From: an uncultured bacterium
GTDB taxonomy: Bacteria; Cyanobacteriota; Vampirovibrionia; Gastranaerophilales; Gastranaerophilaceae
Length of the DNA stretch: 64,000 bases
Direction of reading: 5' to 3'
NCBI GenBank assembly: GCA_949293185.1
Contig: CASFCQ010000006.1
Coordinates: forward strand, 3,389 to 67,388
The notes under the pieces are model-generated. The model was not told the DNA's origin, made no database searches, and worked only from the letters and a program-made list of their open reading frames with translations. The position numbers were made by a program, and so were the translations under genes. The number at the start of each line of letters is the position of its first letter. Within the stretch, counting starts at the first letter, position 1. Below, piece after piece: positions 55,978 through 64,000 of this stretch.

Positions 55978-57030
55978 CTATCCCTCGTAAAATTCTGATA
56001 TTTTTTTGTTTACTTCAGACTCAACGGCTTCTTTAGCTACTCTTACCGCATTTTTGATAGCATAAGCCATGCTTCTTCCATGAGATATAACGGTTATTCC
56101 CTTAACACCTAAAAGCAAAGCACCGCCGAATTCTTCGTAATTAACTCTTTTAAAAATCCTTTTCATTGCAGATTTAGCAAGCAAGCCGATTACCATAGAA
56201 ATCGGGTCGCGTTTAAATTCCTGCATAATCATTTTAAACAGCATTGAAGAAGCGCCTTCGATACTTTTTAGTGCAACGTTGCCGACAAAACCGTCGCAAA
56301 CAACAACATCGCAATCACCTAAAAATATTTCTTTACCTTCGACATTGCCGATAAAATTCAATCCGTCTTTATTTTCTTCCAGAAGCTTGTATGCAGCCTG
56401 AGCAAGTTCATTGCCTTTTCCTGCTTCTTCACCGATATTTAAAACACCTATTCTGGGGTTTTCGCATCCGAGAACATTTTTAGAAAAAGCAGACCCCATA
56501 ATGGCAAACTGATAAAGCATCTCCGGTGTACAATTACTGTTAGCTCCTGAATCTATAAGTACAACAGGTTTTTTCATTGTAGGTAAAGTTGTAGCAATAG
56601 CAGGTCTTTCAATACCCGGAAGTCTGCCCAACCCGAACAAGCTTGATGCCATTGCCGCACCTGTTGAGCCGGCGGCTACTACTGCCTGAGAACTGCCTGT
56701 AGCTACAGATTTTACCGCTACTACAATAGAAGAATCTTTTTTCTTTCTGATAGCCTGTCCCGGAGCTTCGCCCATTTCTATAACTTCAGATGCCGGTGTG
56801 ATTTTTATGTCGAGTTTGCTTACATCAACTCTTATTCGACCTTTGGGGGCATTTATATTGTTTGTTCTGATGCCGTTTTGTTTTACATCATTAATGACCC
56901 TTTGAATCTCGTCTTCTTTTCCGACAAGTTCAATTGGAACATTATAATCAGAAGCAGCCCAAAGTGCACCTTTAACAATCTCATCAGGTGCGTGGTCACC
57001 GCCCATTGCATCAATAGCTATCCTTGTCAT
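55978..57030 (-). CDS. plsX: phosphate acyltransferase PlsX
   Basis: 350 aa with IAIDAMGGDHAP. Confidence 0.95.
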   Translation of the reverse strand: MTRIAIDAMGGDHAPDEIVKGALWAASDYNVPIELVGKEDEIQRVINDVKQNGIRTNNINAPKGRIRVDVSKLDIKITPASEVIEMGEAPGQAIRKKKDSSIVVAVKSVATGSSQAVVAAGSTGAAMASSLFGLGRLPGIERPAIATTLPTMKKPVVLIDSGANSNCTPEMLYQFAIMGSAFSKNVLGCENPRIGVLNIGEEAGKGNELAQAAYKLLEENKDGLNFIGNVEGKEIFLGDCDVVVCDGFVGNVALKSIEGASSMLFKMIMQEFKRDPISMVIGLLAKSAMKRIFKRVNYEEFGGALLLGVKGITVISHGRSMAYAIKNAVRVAKEAVESEVNKKISEFYEG

Positions 57031-57124
57031 ATAAAAATCTTCCCCCTACAAACTTCCACACTTTTTACTTAAGAAATATGCCGCTGTATAACGCTGTATC
57101 ACAGCGGCACTAAATCTTTTTTTA

Positions 57125-57508
57125 TTATTCTTCGGAAGGTTTTTCTTCTTCAGCTTTAACTTCTTCAGCCGGAGCTTCAGCAGTTTCTTCTGCCTTTACT
57201 TCTTCAACTTTAGTTTCTTCAGCTTTAACTTCTTCGGCTGCAGCTGCTTTTTTAGTCTTTTTAGCAGGAGCTTTTTTAGCTGTTTTCGCTGTTTTTTTCG
57301 GAGCAGCAACTGCTGCATCTTCAACAAAGCCTTCTGCTTTTCTTGAAACAACTTTGCCTTTATATTGTCCGCAAGCTGTGCAAACAGTATGAGTCAAAAC
57401 TAACTCGCCGCAGTTCGGGCAGGTAGTAGTTTCCGGTACTGTTGCTTTCCAGTTTGATCTTCTGTGTCCTTGTGCCGAAGCACCTGTTCTTTTCTTTGGT
57501 ACTGCCAT
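57125..57508 (-). CDS. rpmF: 50S ribosomal protein L32 with long Ala/Lys/Glu-rich C-terminal extension
   Basis: N-terminal 60 aa are MAVPKKRTGASAQGHRRSNWK...CPNCGE..CTACG (Zn ribbon). They are followed by about 65 aa of AKK and EEVKAEET repeats. Confidence 0.9.
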   Translation of the reverse strand: MAVPKKRTGASAQGHRRSNWKATVPETTTCPNCGELVLTHTVCTACGQYKGKVVSRKAEGFVEDAAVAAPKKTAKTAKKAPAKKTKKAAAAEEVKAEETKVEEVKAEETAEAPAEEVKAEEEKPSEE

Positions 57509-57510
57509 TT

Positions 57511-58020
57511 TTATTTTCCTTCTTTTGTTATCTTTAAATTTTTAAATACTTCCAAACGGGGATCTGAAATTTCCTTTTTTAGATATTTTTCCATTTCAGG
57601 GCTTCCATTACAATTTATATCACAAACAGACGGATTTGGAATGTTTAATGTTACAGATTGATAAATTAAATCATCAACATCTATGTAATCCTGACCGTGG
57701 AGTTCCGTGATAAAATCACCGTCCTTTAGTTCAATCTCTTGTCCGGAATGCGCTTCTTTGGCGGATTTCACGCTTCCGAGCATATAAGTTTCGTCCACAT
57801 CAACTTCTATTTTTTTTAAAAAATTTTTTAAACATCTGTCGCAAACAAGCTTAACATTTGCAACAATTTTTCCAGTTACCTGAATATAAGACCCGAACGC
57901 GCTAAAAATCAGCTCAGCGTTCACAGGACCTTCTGTCGCAAGGTCTTTTACATTGTTTTCAAAGCTGATTTTAAGTGAATGGTCTTTGGAATTTTTTATG
58001 TCATCAATTGAAATATTCAT
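57511..58020 (-). CDS. yceD: YceD/DUF177 family protein
   Basis: 169 aa upstream of rpmF, as in many bacteria. CDRC...CxxxC pattern. Confidence 0.8.
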   Translation of the reverse strand: MNISIDDIKNSKDHSLKISFENNVKDLATEGPVNAELIFSAFGSYIQVTGKIVANVKLVCDRCLKNFLKKIEVDVDETYMLGSVKSAKEAHSGQEIELKDGDFITELHGQDYIDVDDLIYQSVTLNIPNPSVCDINCNGSPEMEKYLKKEISDPRLEVFKNLKITKEGK

Positions 58021-58111
58021 AGTTTTTTTATTGTATTTTAGACAAAAATCATTGTCAAAAATTTTCGGGTGTTACTCAAAAATAAAATAAGATAACACCC
58101 CGTACACTAAA

Positions 58112-59194
58112 TTACAAAACAGTGAGCTGAACGCTGAGGTTGTTAATTTTTGCCAGAGTAAAGAGAAAATCATCGTTTGAAATATCCTGAAAAGATTGAG
58201 GAATATAAATCTCTTTATACTTTTGCACGGCATATCTGTCTGTCATACCGGAAATATAATCACATACAGTACGTTTGATTTCTTCTTCATTCTGGTTAGG
58301 AAGTTTTTGTTTTAAAAGCGCTTCGTAATGATTAAACAAACCGTAGACAATTCCCTGCACTTTAGCCTCTTCTTTTTTTGCAACAGGGTTTGTATAAACA
58401 TTTTTAAACATCCAGGTTCTTAATTTATCAATATGATAAAAAGCATCTTCCGACATGCAGATATGGTCTTTGCCGTAAGAATTTTGAACAATATCAAGCA
58501 CCATTTTTGTGATACGTTCGCTTCTGTCTAAAGAAAAATACTGTATACAATCCTGCGGCAAATCGCTTTCTTTAATAATACCGGCTCGCATTGCATCATC
58601 GATATCATGGTTTATGTAAGCAATTTTGTCGGAAAGTTTTACGATTTTGCCTTCCAGAGTAAAAGCCTTGCTTTCTTTTTTTAATGAACCAGAGTGATAT
58701 AAAATACCATCAAGAGTTTCTTGTGTGAGGTTTAAATCTTCAATAATCGTTGCAACTCTGACGGAATGCTCCGCGTGTCGAAAGCCAGAGTCCATAATCT
58801 CGTTTAAAACATCTTCACCGCTGTGCCCGAAAGGCGTATGCCCCAAATCATGCCCGAGAGCAATAGCCTCTGCTAAATCTTCATTAAGATTGAGCGCCCT
58901 TGTAATAGTCCTTGCAATTTGAGACACCTCTAACGTATGGGTCATACGTGTTCTGAAGTGGTCATTTGTTGGAGAGAAGAATACCTGAGTTTTATGCTTT
59001 AGTCTTCTAAAAGCTTTAGAGTGGATAATTCTGTCGCAGTCTCTTTGAAACTCTGTACGCAAAGGGCAAGGAGCTTCTTGTTTTGCTCTGCCTTTTGATG
59101 TTGCACTCTTTGCCGCGTACGGACTAAGTTCTTCCAGTTCTCTTCTTTCTTGTATTTCTCTGAAATTTAAACCGTTATTATCTGTATAAGCCAT
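58112..59194 (-). CDS. dGTP triphosphohydrolase-like HD-domain protein
   Basis: 360 aa with RTRMTHTLEVSQIAR and HDLGHTPFGH. Confidence 0.85.
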   Translation of the reverse strand: MAYTDNNGLNFREIQERRELEELSPYAAKSATSKGRAKQEAPCPLRTEFQRDCDRIIHSKAFRRLKHKTQVFFSPTNDHFRTRMTHTLEVSQIARTITRALNLNEDLAEAIALGHDLGHTPFGHSGEDVLNEIMDSGFRHAEHSVRVATIIEDLNLTQETLDGILYHSGSLKKESKAFTLEGKIVKLSDKIAYINHDIDDAMRAGIIKESDLPQDCIQYFSLDRSERITKMVLDIVQNSYGKDHICMSEDAFYHIDKLRTWMFKNVYTNPVAKKEEAKVQGIVYGLFNHYEALLKQKLPNQNEEEIKRTVCDYISGMTDRYAVQKYKEIYIPQSFQDISNDDFLFTLAKINNLSVQLTVL

Positions 59195-59351
59195 ATATAT
59201 TTAATGTTCCGTTGTTTTATTTAGGTGATTGTCACATATATTCTAGCATGAAAGCAAATTCAAGCAATAATACCAGCTGTTTAAAAATAACAAAATTGTG
59301 TTATATAAAAAAGGAATCTTCTGGTATAATGTTGGCAGAAGGAGTATTTAC

Positions 59352-59852
59352 ATGTTTTACGGTGAAAAATTACCATTCATAGTTGTAATATCAGCATTCA
59401 TTATTTTTGCAGTCTGCGGTTTGGTTACTGTGCTGACAACAACCCACGGAGGCATAAAAATGGACAAATATCTGTGTGTATCATCTATTCCTTCCGCTTA
59501 TTTTTACAACGACGGCTCTTTTACATCAAAAGAACTTTACCCGAGGGAATATATATATGACAAAAATCTTAAAACAGATGATATTTGCTCATATAAAAAA
59601 CGTAATTTTAACGGTGAACTGACTCTTGACAGATACAATGAATGCAAAAAAATATATGTAGAACACACAAAACCAAAATTTGCTAACAAAGAATGCAAAA
59701 CTATAGGCAAAGAAATTTTTACATATGATAATATGGAATGTACTGCTCTTTACGTTTGGGGAACAAAAACTCTTGTAAGTGTAAGCTGCGAGGGTGGAAC
59801 GATTGAACAACGAAAAGAAGCTATTCAAAAAATACAAAAAAAGTTTAAATAA
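59352..59852 (+). CDS. hypothetical membrane-anchored Cys-rich protein
   Basis: Start moved to MFYGEK (GAAGGAG SD). Has one TM helix. Confidence 0.55.
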   Translation: MFYGEKLPFIVVISAFIIFAVCGLVTVLTTTHGGIKMDKYLCVSSIPSAYFYNDGSFTSKELYPREYIYDKNLKTDDICSYKKRNFNGELTLDRYNECKKIYVEHTKPKFANKECKTIGKEIFTYDNMECTALYVWGTKTLVSVSCEGGTIEQRKEAIQKIQKKFK

Positions 59853-59926
59853 ACTTAATAAACCGATATATTTTGTAAGCTTTTTATTTTATAATAAGAT
59901 TCCCAAACAAAAGAAAGGAATCTGTT

Positions 59927-60196
59927 ATGTCAATTAGACCACTAAATTTTACACCTTCATTTAAAGGTTTTATTCTTTCACCTGACGGAAAAACAGCGGT
60001 AAATGCAAAATATATAACATCAATGAAAGAGTCTGATGATACAACTCTTGCGGAAAAACGTACTGAGATAATGCTGACTGATAAAACATACAGAATAATT
60101 AATGCACCAATAGATTCCGTCTTGCAAGCATATAACAGAGCAGCAGCAAGTGAAGTTTATGTTGTAAAAGTAAAACAAGACGAAAACAATCAATAA
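59927..60196 (+). CDS. hypothetical small protein
   Basis: 89 aa with AAGGAA SD and an N-terminal PSFKG motif. Confidence 0.5.
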   Translation: MSIRPLNFTPSFKGFILSPDGKTAVNAKYITSMKESDDTTLAEKRTEIMLTDKTYRIINAPIDSVLQAYNRAAASEVYVVKVKQDENNQ

Positions 60197-60211
60197 ACTA
60201 AAAAATATAAT

Positions 60212-60245
60212 AAAAGCCCTCCGGAAATAATCGCGGAGGGCTTTT
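60212..60245. terminator. bidirectional terminator
   Basis: AAAAGCCCTCCG-loop-CGGAGGGCTTTT. Confidence 0.8.
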
Positions 60246-60261
60246 GGAATTTTTTATCTTA

Positions 60262-62253
60262 TTATTTTACTTTTGTACCGTTTACATATTCAGATTCTGT
60301 GCGTTTGATACCGTATTTATCTTCGTATGATTTAACAACTCTTTCGGCTTCATTTCTATCAGTGCCAGCATAAGTTTCTCTGTTTAGTCTTTCGTTATCG
60401 TGTGTATTAACGATATATGCTTCGCTGCGTTCATTTCTTGTTGTTATAAACGGATTGGTTGTTGAGTTGTAAGATGCACCTTTGTAATCCTTGCTTGCTT
60501 TACCGTGGTCAAATTCTGCATTTACATCGAGGCTGTATTCCTTACCGCTCGGTCCCTGAATTGTGTTCGGGAGGCATAAGTCTTCACCAACTCTCGGGAA
60601 GAAACCATCTGTCGGTTTGGTTACCCCTGCAGGTAATGTACCTTCTTCTTTCATTTTATTAAAGTAATCAGTTTTTATCTTAGTTCTGATGAATTTAACA
60701 TCGTTTTCGTTTGTAATGCCGTATACATTTCTAACTACTTTGTCCCAATCGTCACCGGATTTAACCTGATAGCAATCTGTGTCGTTTACAGTTACTGTTT
60801 TTTCCTCAATTTCTGATTGAAGGTGTACATATGGGTTTATTTTTGGTTCCGGTTTCGGAGGTTCAGGTTTGTCAACTTTGATTTCACCTGATTCAAGTTT
60901 TGTTAACAGAGCCAGAGCTTCTCTGTGGTTGAGTACACTTGCGTCACTATAATCTGCGTTTTGAGTATCATCAACATCAGCAGAACCGCCTGCGTGTCTG
61001 TATGCATCAATTAACTGGTCTTTTAATAATGTACCATCTTCTGTCGTATAGAATGCTGCTATCTTCATAGCCATTGCTTTTGCCTGTTTTGACGGATATG
61101 AATCAGATTTTTTAATAAATGCTGCATAATCATCGAATGTTTTTATGCTGTCGTCAATATGTACAGGAATTGCTTTGTCTTCAACTCTTACAGCCTGTTC
61201 TTTGATTGAACCTAATGTTCCTAAAGCTGTACCGAGGGCTGCAGTTACAACCGGTCCCAATGCTGCTTTTTGGTATTGATCTATTTTTCCCAAACCTTCA
61301 CCAAGGTTAACTGATTGCTCTTGTGTTGTAATAAGCGGTATACCTACAGCAGCTGACGGAACGCCAATTGTAGCAGCGTCTCTGATTACTTTTTTGGCAT
61401 CAATTTTCTTTTCAATACCGTAACCGGCAGCTTTCATAATTTCTTTTGCTTCTTTATCTGTAAAGTCTACATCAGCAACACCGTTTTTAAGAGCAAATTC
61501 ATCAAAAGCATCTGCTATGAACTGAGCTTCACCAGCTTGTACCTTTTTATTTGAATAAGATACAACAGCTTCTGAACCGACTAAGTTGTCACCGATTTGG
61601 TAAACCATTTCCTTAGTAATGCCAGCTTTTTCTAATTTTGCTTTTAATTCATCATTCAGTTCCAGCGGTTTTCCATTGTTTCTGATTTCATCGACATTGT
61701 TGTTTTGTCCGACTGATCTGTAAACTTGAGAAGATTCTTTAGTTCCGCCTGTGATACCTCTCCAGATAGATTTAAAGAAGTGAGTACCCTTTTTAGTTTC
61801 ACCGTATTTTCTTGCATAGTCATAAATTTCTTTTGAGATATTACCTTCTTCATATTCAGCAGCCAAACCGGCTCTTACAAATGCTCTTACCTCTTTGTCA
61901 TCTGTATAAGGAGCCATGCCAGCGATTTTTCTTACTAATTGCTGTGCATATGCTTCTCTGGCTTCTTCTGTTCTTTCAATTTGTGCATCTAAAGCTTTTA
62001 AAGAAGATTTGTACATATCTTTATCTGTATCTTTGTATCTTTCTTTTAATTCAGCTTTAAGTTGCTTTTCTAAATCGTCAGTTTCTAAACCTGCGTATTC
62101 TTTTTTAGTTGATAATTCTGCAATTAATTTTGCTGCAACATTTTGTCTTTCCTGTTCTTGACGAGCTTCTTCAGCTTTTCTTGCAGCTTTTCTGTCTTTT
62201 CTGCTCATAGGTTCTGTTGCAGTTGATTGAATTCTTAAATTTTCTCCGCTCAT
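60262..62253 (-). CDS. hypothetical large protein with Lys/Glu-rich N-terminal region and LysM-like segment
   Basis: 663 aa. YQVKSGDDWDKVVRNVYGI resembles a LysM motif. Confidence 0.6.
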   Translation of the reverse strand: MSGENLRIQSTATEPMSRKDRKAARKAEEARQEQERQNVAAKLIAELSTKKEYAGLETDDLEKQLKAELKERYKDTDKDMYKSSLKALDAQIERTEEAREAYAQQLVRKIAGMAPYTDDKEVRAFVRAGLAAEYEEGNISKEIYDYARKYGETKKGTHFFKSIWRGITGGTKESSQVYRSVGQNNNVDEIRNNGKPLELNDELKAKLEKAGITKEMVYQIGDNLVGSEAVVSYSNKKVQAGEAQFIADAFDEFALKNGVADVDFTDKEAKEIMKAAGYGIEKKIDAKKVIRDAATIGVPSAAVGIPLITTQEQSVNLGEGLGKIDQYQKAALGPVVTAALGTALGTLGSIKEQAVRVEDKAIPVHIDDSIKTFDDYAAFIKKSDSYPSKQAKAMAMKIAAFYTTEDGTLLKDQLIDAYRHAGGSADVDDTQNADYSDASVLNHREALALLTKLESGEIKVDKPEPPKPEPKINPYVHLQSEIEEKTVTVNDTDCYQVKSGDDWDKVVRNVYGITNENDVKFIRTKIKTDYFNKMKEEGTLPAGVTKPTDGFFPRVGEDLCLPNTIQGPSGKEYSLDVNAEFDHGKASKDYKGASYNSTTNPFITTRNERSEAYIVNTHDNERLNRETYAGTDRNEAERVVKSYEDKYGIKRTESEYVNGTKVK

Positions 62254-62370
62254 GTAAATATCCCTTTCGTTTTTCCTCTATAAATGTCTAGTAAAGTTTA
62301 TAATCCTCTATACTTACATGAAAAATTTTTGCATTTGAAAATTGCCAAAATTGAATAAAAAAAGTTAACA

Positions 62371-62405
62371 AAAAGGACGTTTAAATGTCTTAAACGTCCT
62401 TTTTA
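62371..62405. terminator. bidirectional terminator
   Basis: AAAAGGACGTTTAA-ATGTC-TTAAACGTCCTTTT. Confidence 0.8.
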
Positions 62406-62438
62406 TCTGTGTTTTGAGTTTGTTAAGTTATGTTAACA

Positions 62439-64000
62439 TTAATGACCTAATGCCCATCTTAAACCAAGTGTCAAAGCAATACCGTTACGTCCGCCATTTC
62501 TTATCATAGCCTGACCGAAACCGGTAAATCTTTCACCCTTACGTTTCTGCAAACCAACACCGTATTCGATATAAGGTTTAACTGACAGTTCGCTCAAAGC
62601 AACATCATTAGCATAAAATTTTGTTTTATCCATAATATTCCATGTCATATTAACACCGATATAAGGCTGCCAGCCGTTTCCTAGGTTTCCGATAATTCTT
62701 AAGCCTGGAATAATTTCTATAGCGTGCAGCGGATCTTGAGTAACTCTAACGCCTGCAGCATTTGTATAATCAAATACGTTAACAAAAGTATAGCTCATCA
62801 TATAGCTGGGCTGGATAACCATTTTGTTGTTAAACAATCCCCAGTTATAACCTGATTTCCAAGCCGCACCTGTCATCAATATCGGGAAGTCATCGTTTCC
62901 GTATGTATGGCTTGATTGAGCGGCACTTGCACCGATGTTAGCAGTAACACCTGTCCAGAAGTTGCCTTTATAAGCTGTTGCAACACCGCCGATAGAACCG
63001 CCGTTCTGCCAGATATCTACACCGTTATATGCCTGGTGAGATCCATGATATGCACCAAAGAACGAGAAGTTACCGTCCCAGCCATGACCAAGGTCAATAA
63101 TATCTGATTCACCGCCAATTAATGTACCATAAAATACGTTAGATACTTTAGGTCCGTTTTTGAGTCCCACGCTTTCAAAGTTAGCAAACGGTCTTACATA
63201 AAAGCCGTCTCTTTCCTCCGGAATAATGTTAGGAGCAAATACCCCTGTATGAAAAGCGGAAGCATATTTGTTTCTCATCTTCCACGCCATTCTCTCCTCA
63301 GGAGTCATCAATGTAACCATATCCATATTGGCAAATGACTGTCTGTATAAGTTATCCTGCAGCAAGAATGCAGCCTGTGCAGCTACAGGAGCAGTAATAA
63401 TAGAATCAGAGTTGCCTATTTTATTAAATACAAAATATTCACCGGGGTCCATTGCACCTGATGAAGTTCCGCCGCCGGTTGTCGGATAAGGAACAGTTTC
63501 TTGTTTTACTTCATATTTGTAAATAGGAGCTTCTACAATATTTGCCCCTTTAGACAATTCAACATGTCCGACAAGTGCCTCTGCATCAGTAAACAGGACT
63601 CTTACATTATCACTTTTAGCCTCTGAAACAGATTTCATCTGGTCAATAAACAATGTATGACCGCCAGTATTCGTAATTGTAGGAATATTGGCTTTTAAAA
63701 TTGCATCCATTTCTGGATTGCCGGTACTTGAATATTCCCCGCCGAGATCCACATCAAGTTTTATGTGAGAATCACCGAGCAAATGCAATGATTGTGCGTG
63801 AATTTGATTAGATGAATATTCGTTGTTCAAAAGGTTTAACAAACCGCCGTGTAAATATAAGTTGTTTGTAGAAGCAAGGCTTGCATCGTGATCAAATTTT
63901 AATTCACCGTTATAAAGGTGAATGTTAGCATTCTCAACACGTCCGCCATCGCCTTTAAAATGGACAAGACCGCTGTAGTTACCATTATTTATATTAATAA
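62439..64000 (-). CDS. autotransporter (beta-barrel translocator domain plus part of passenger), 5' end beyond right edge
   Basis: The reading frame stays open from 63842 to the window end (my translation is ...NNGNYSGLVHFKGDGGRVENANIHLYNGELKFDHDASLASTNNLYLHGGLLNLL...). The C-terminal 280 aa are beta-barrel-like and end GLRWALGH. Confidence 0.75.
   Translation of the reverse strand, partial: ININNGNYSGLVHFKGDGGRVENANIHLYNGELKFDHDASLASTNNLYLHGGLLNLLNNEYSSNQIHAQSLHLLGDSHIKLDVDLGGEYSSTGNPEMDAILKANIPTITNTGGHTLFIDQMKSVSEAKSDNVRVLFTDAEALVGHVELSKGANIVEAPIYKYEVKQETVPYPTTGGGTSSGAMDPGEYFVFNKIGNSDSIITAPVAAQAAFLLQDNLYRQSFANMDMVTLMTPEERMAWKMRNKYASAFHTGVFAPNIIPEERDGFYVRPFANFESVGLKNGPKVSNVFYGTLIGGESDIIDLGHGWDGNFSFFGAYHGSHQAYNGVDIWQNGGSIGGVATAYKGNFWTGVTANIGASAAQSSHTYGNDDFPILMTGAAWKSGYNWGLFNNKMVIQPSYMMSYTFVNVFDYTNAAGVRVTQDPLHAIEIIPGLRIIGNLGNGWQPYIGVNMTWNIMDKTKFYANDVALSELSVKPYIEYGVGLQKRKGERFTGFGQAMIRNGGRNGIALTLGLRWALGH

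Overview
This is an AT-rich bacterial chromosomal segment (roughly one-third G+C by eye) with about 65 protein genes, mostly on the minus strand. I recognised no rRNA or tRNA genes.

Housekeeping genes: ribH, ribF, rpsF-ssb-rpsR, hpf, nadE, trxA, ybaK, gyrA, radA, a FliA-type sigma factor, yceD-rpmF-plsX-fabH-fabD-fabG and a dGTPase-like HD protein.

Accessory genes: two M16 peptidases next to PilZ and TPR proteins, a GH13-family lipoprotein, an ArsR/CadC-controlled cadA-ZIP metal module with near-consensus divergent promoters, a SulP transporter, a ycf23-like DUF561 protein and an autotransporter cut by the right edge.

Positions 33.8-53.0 kb hold an aryl-polyene (APE)-type type II PKS and lipid-export cluster. 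A compact type II-C-like CRISPR-Cas9 locus sits exactly between its apeD-like acyltransferase and its apeE-like ACP. The locus comprises cas9, cas1, cas2, a convergent tracrRNA and a 10-spacer array. Each 36-bp repeat ends in an extended -10 promoter.

Main hunt results:
1. One CRISPR repeat is split by a 290-bp insertion with a 9-bp flanking duplication. The insertion carries a 24-codon hydrophobic ORF with a sequestered Shine-Dalgarno (SD) sequence and a convergent antisense promoter, which looks like a type I toxin-antitoxin cassette.
2. cas2 has an in-frame TAA at codon 16.
3. The CRISPR-Cas island interrupts a conserved biosynthetic operon.
4. A GC-enriched tandem structured repeat lies between ssb and rpsR.
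5. An 85-nt intergenic element occurs twice, and one copy carries a 37-nt GC-rich hairpin insertion.
6. Several promoter-to-terminator units look like sRNAs or attenuators.

The gene content and AT-richness would fit a non-photosynthetic cyanobacteria-related (Melainabacteria-like) organism, but that is only a guess. All homology calls come from reading the translations and recalling motifs; no searches were run.
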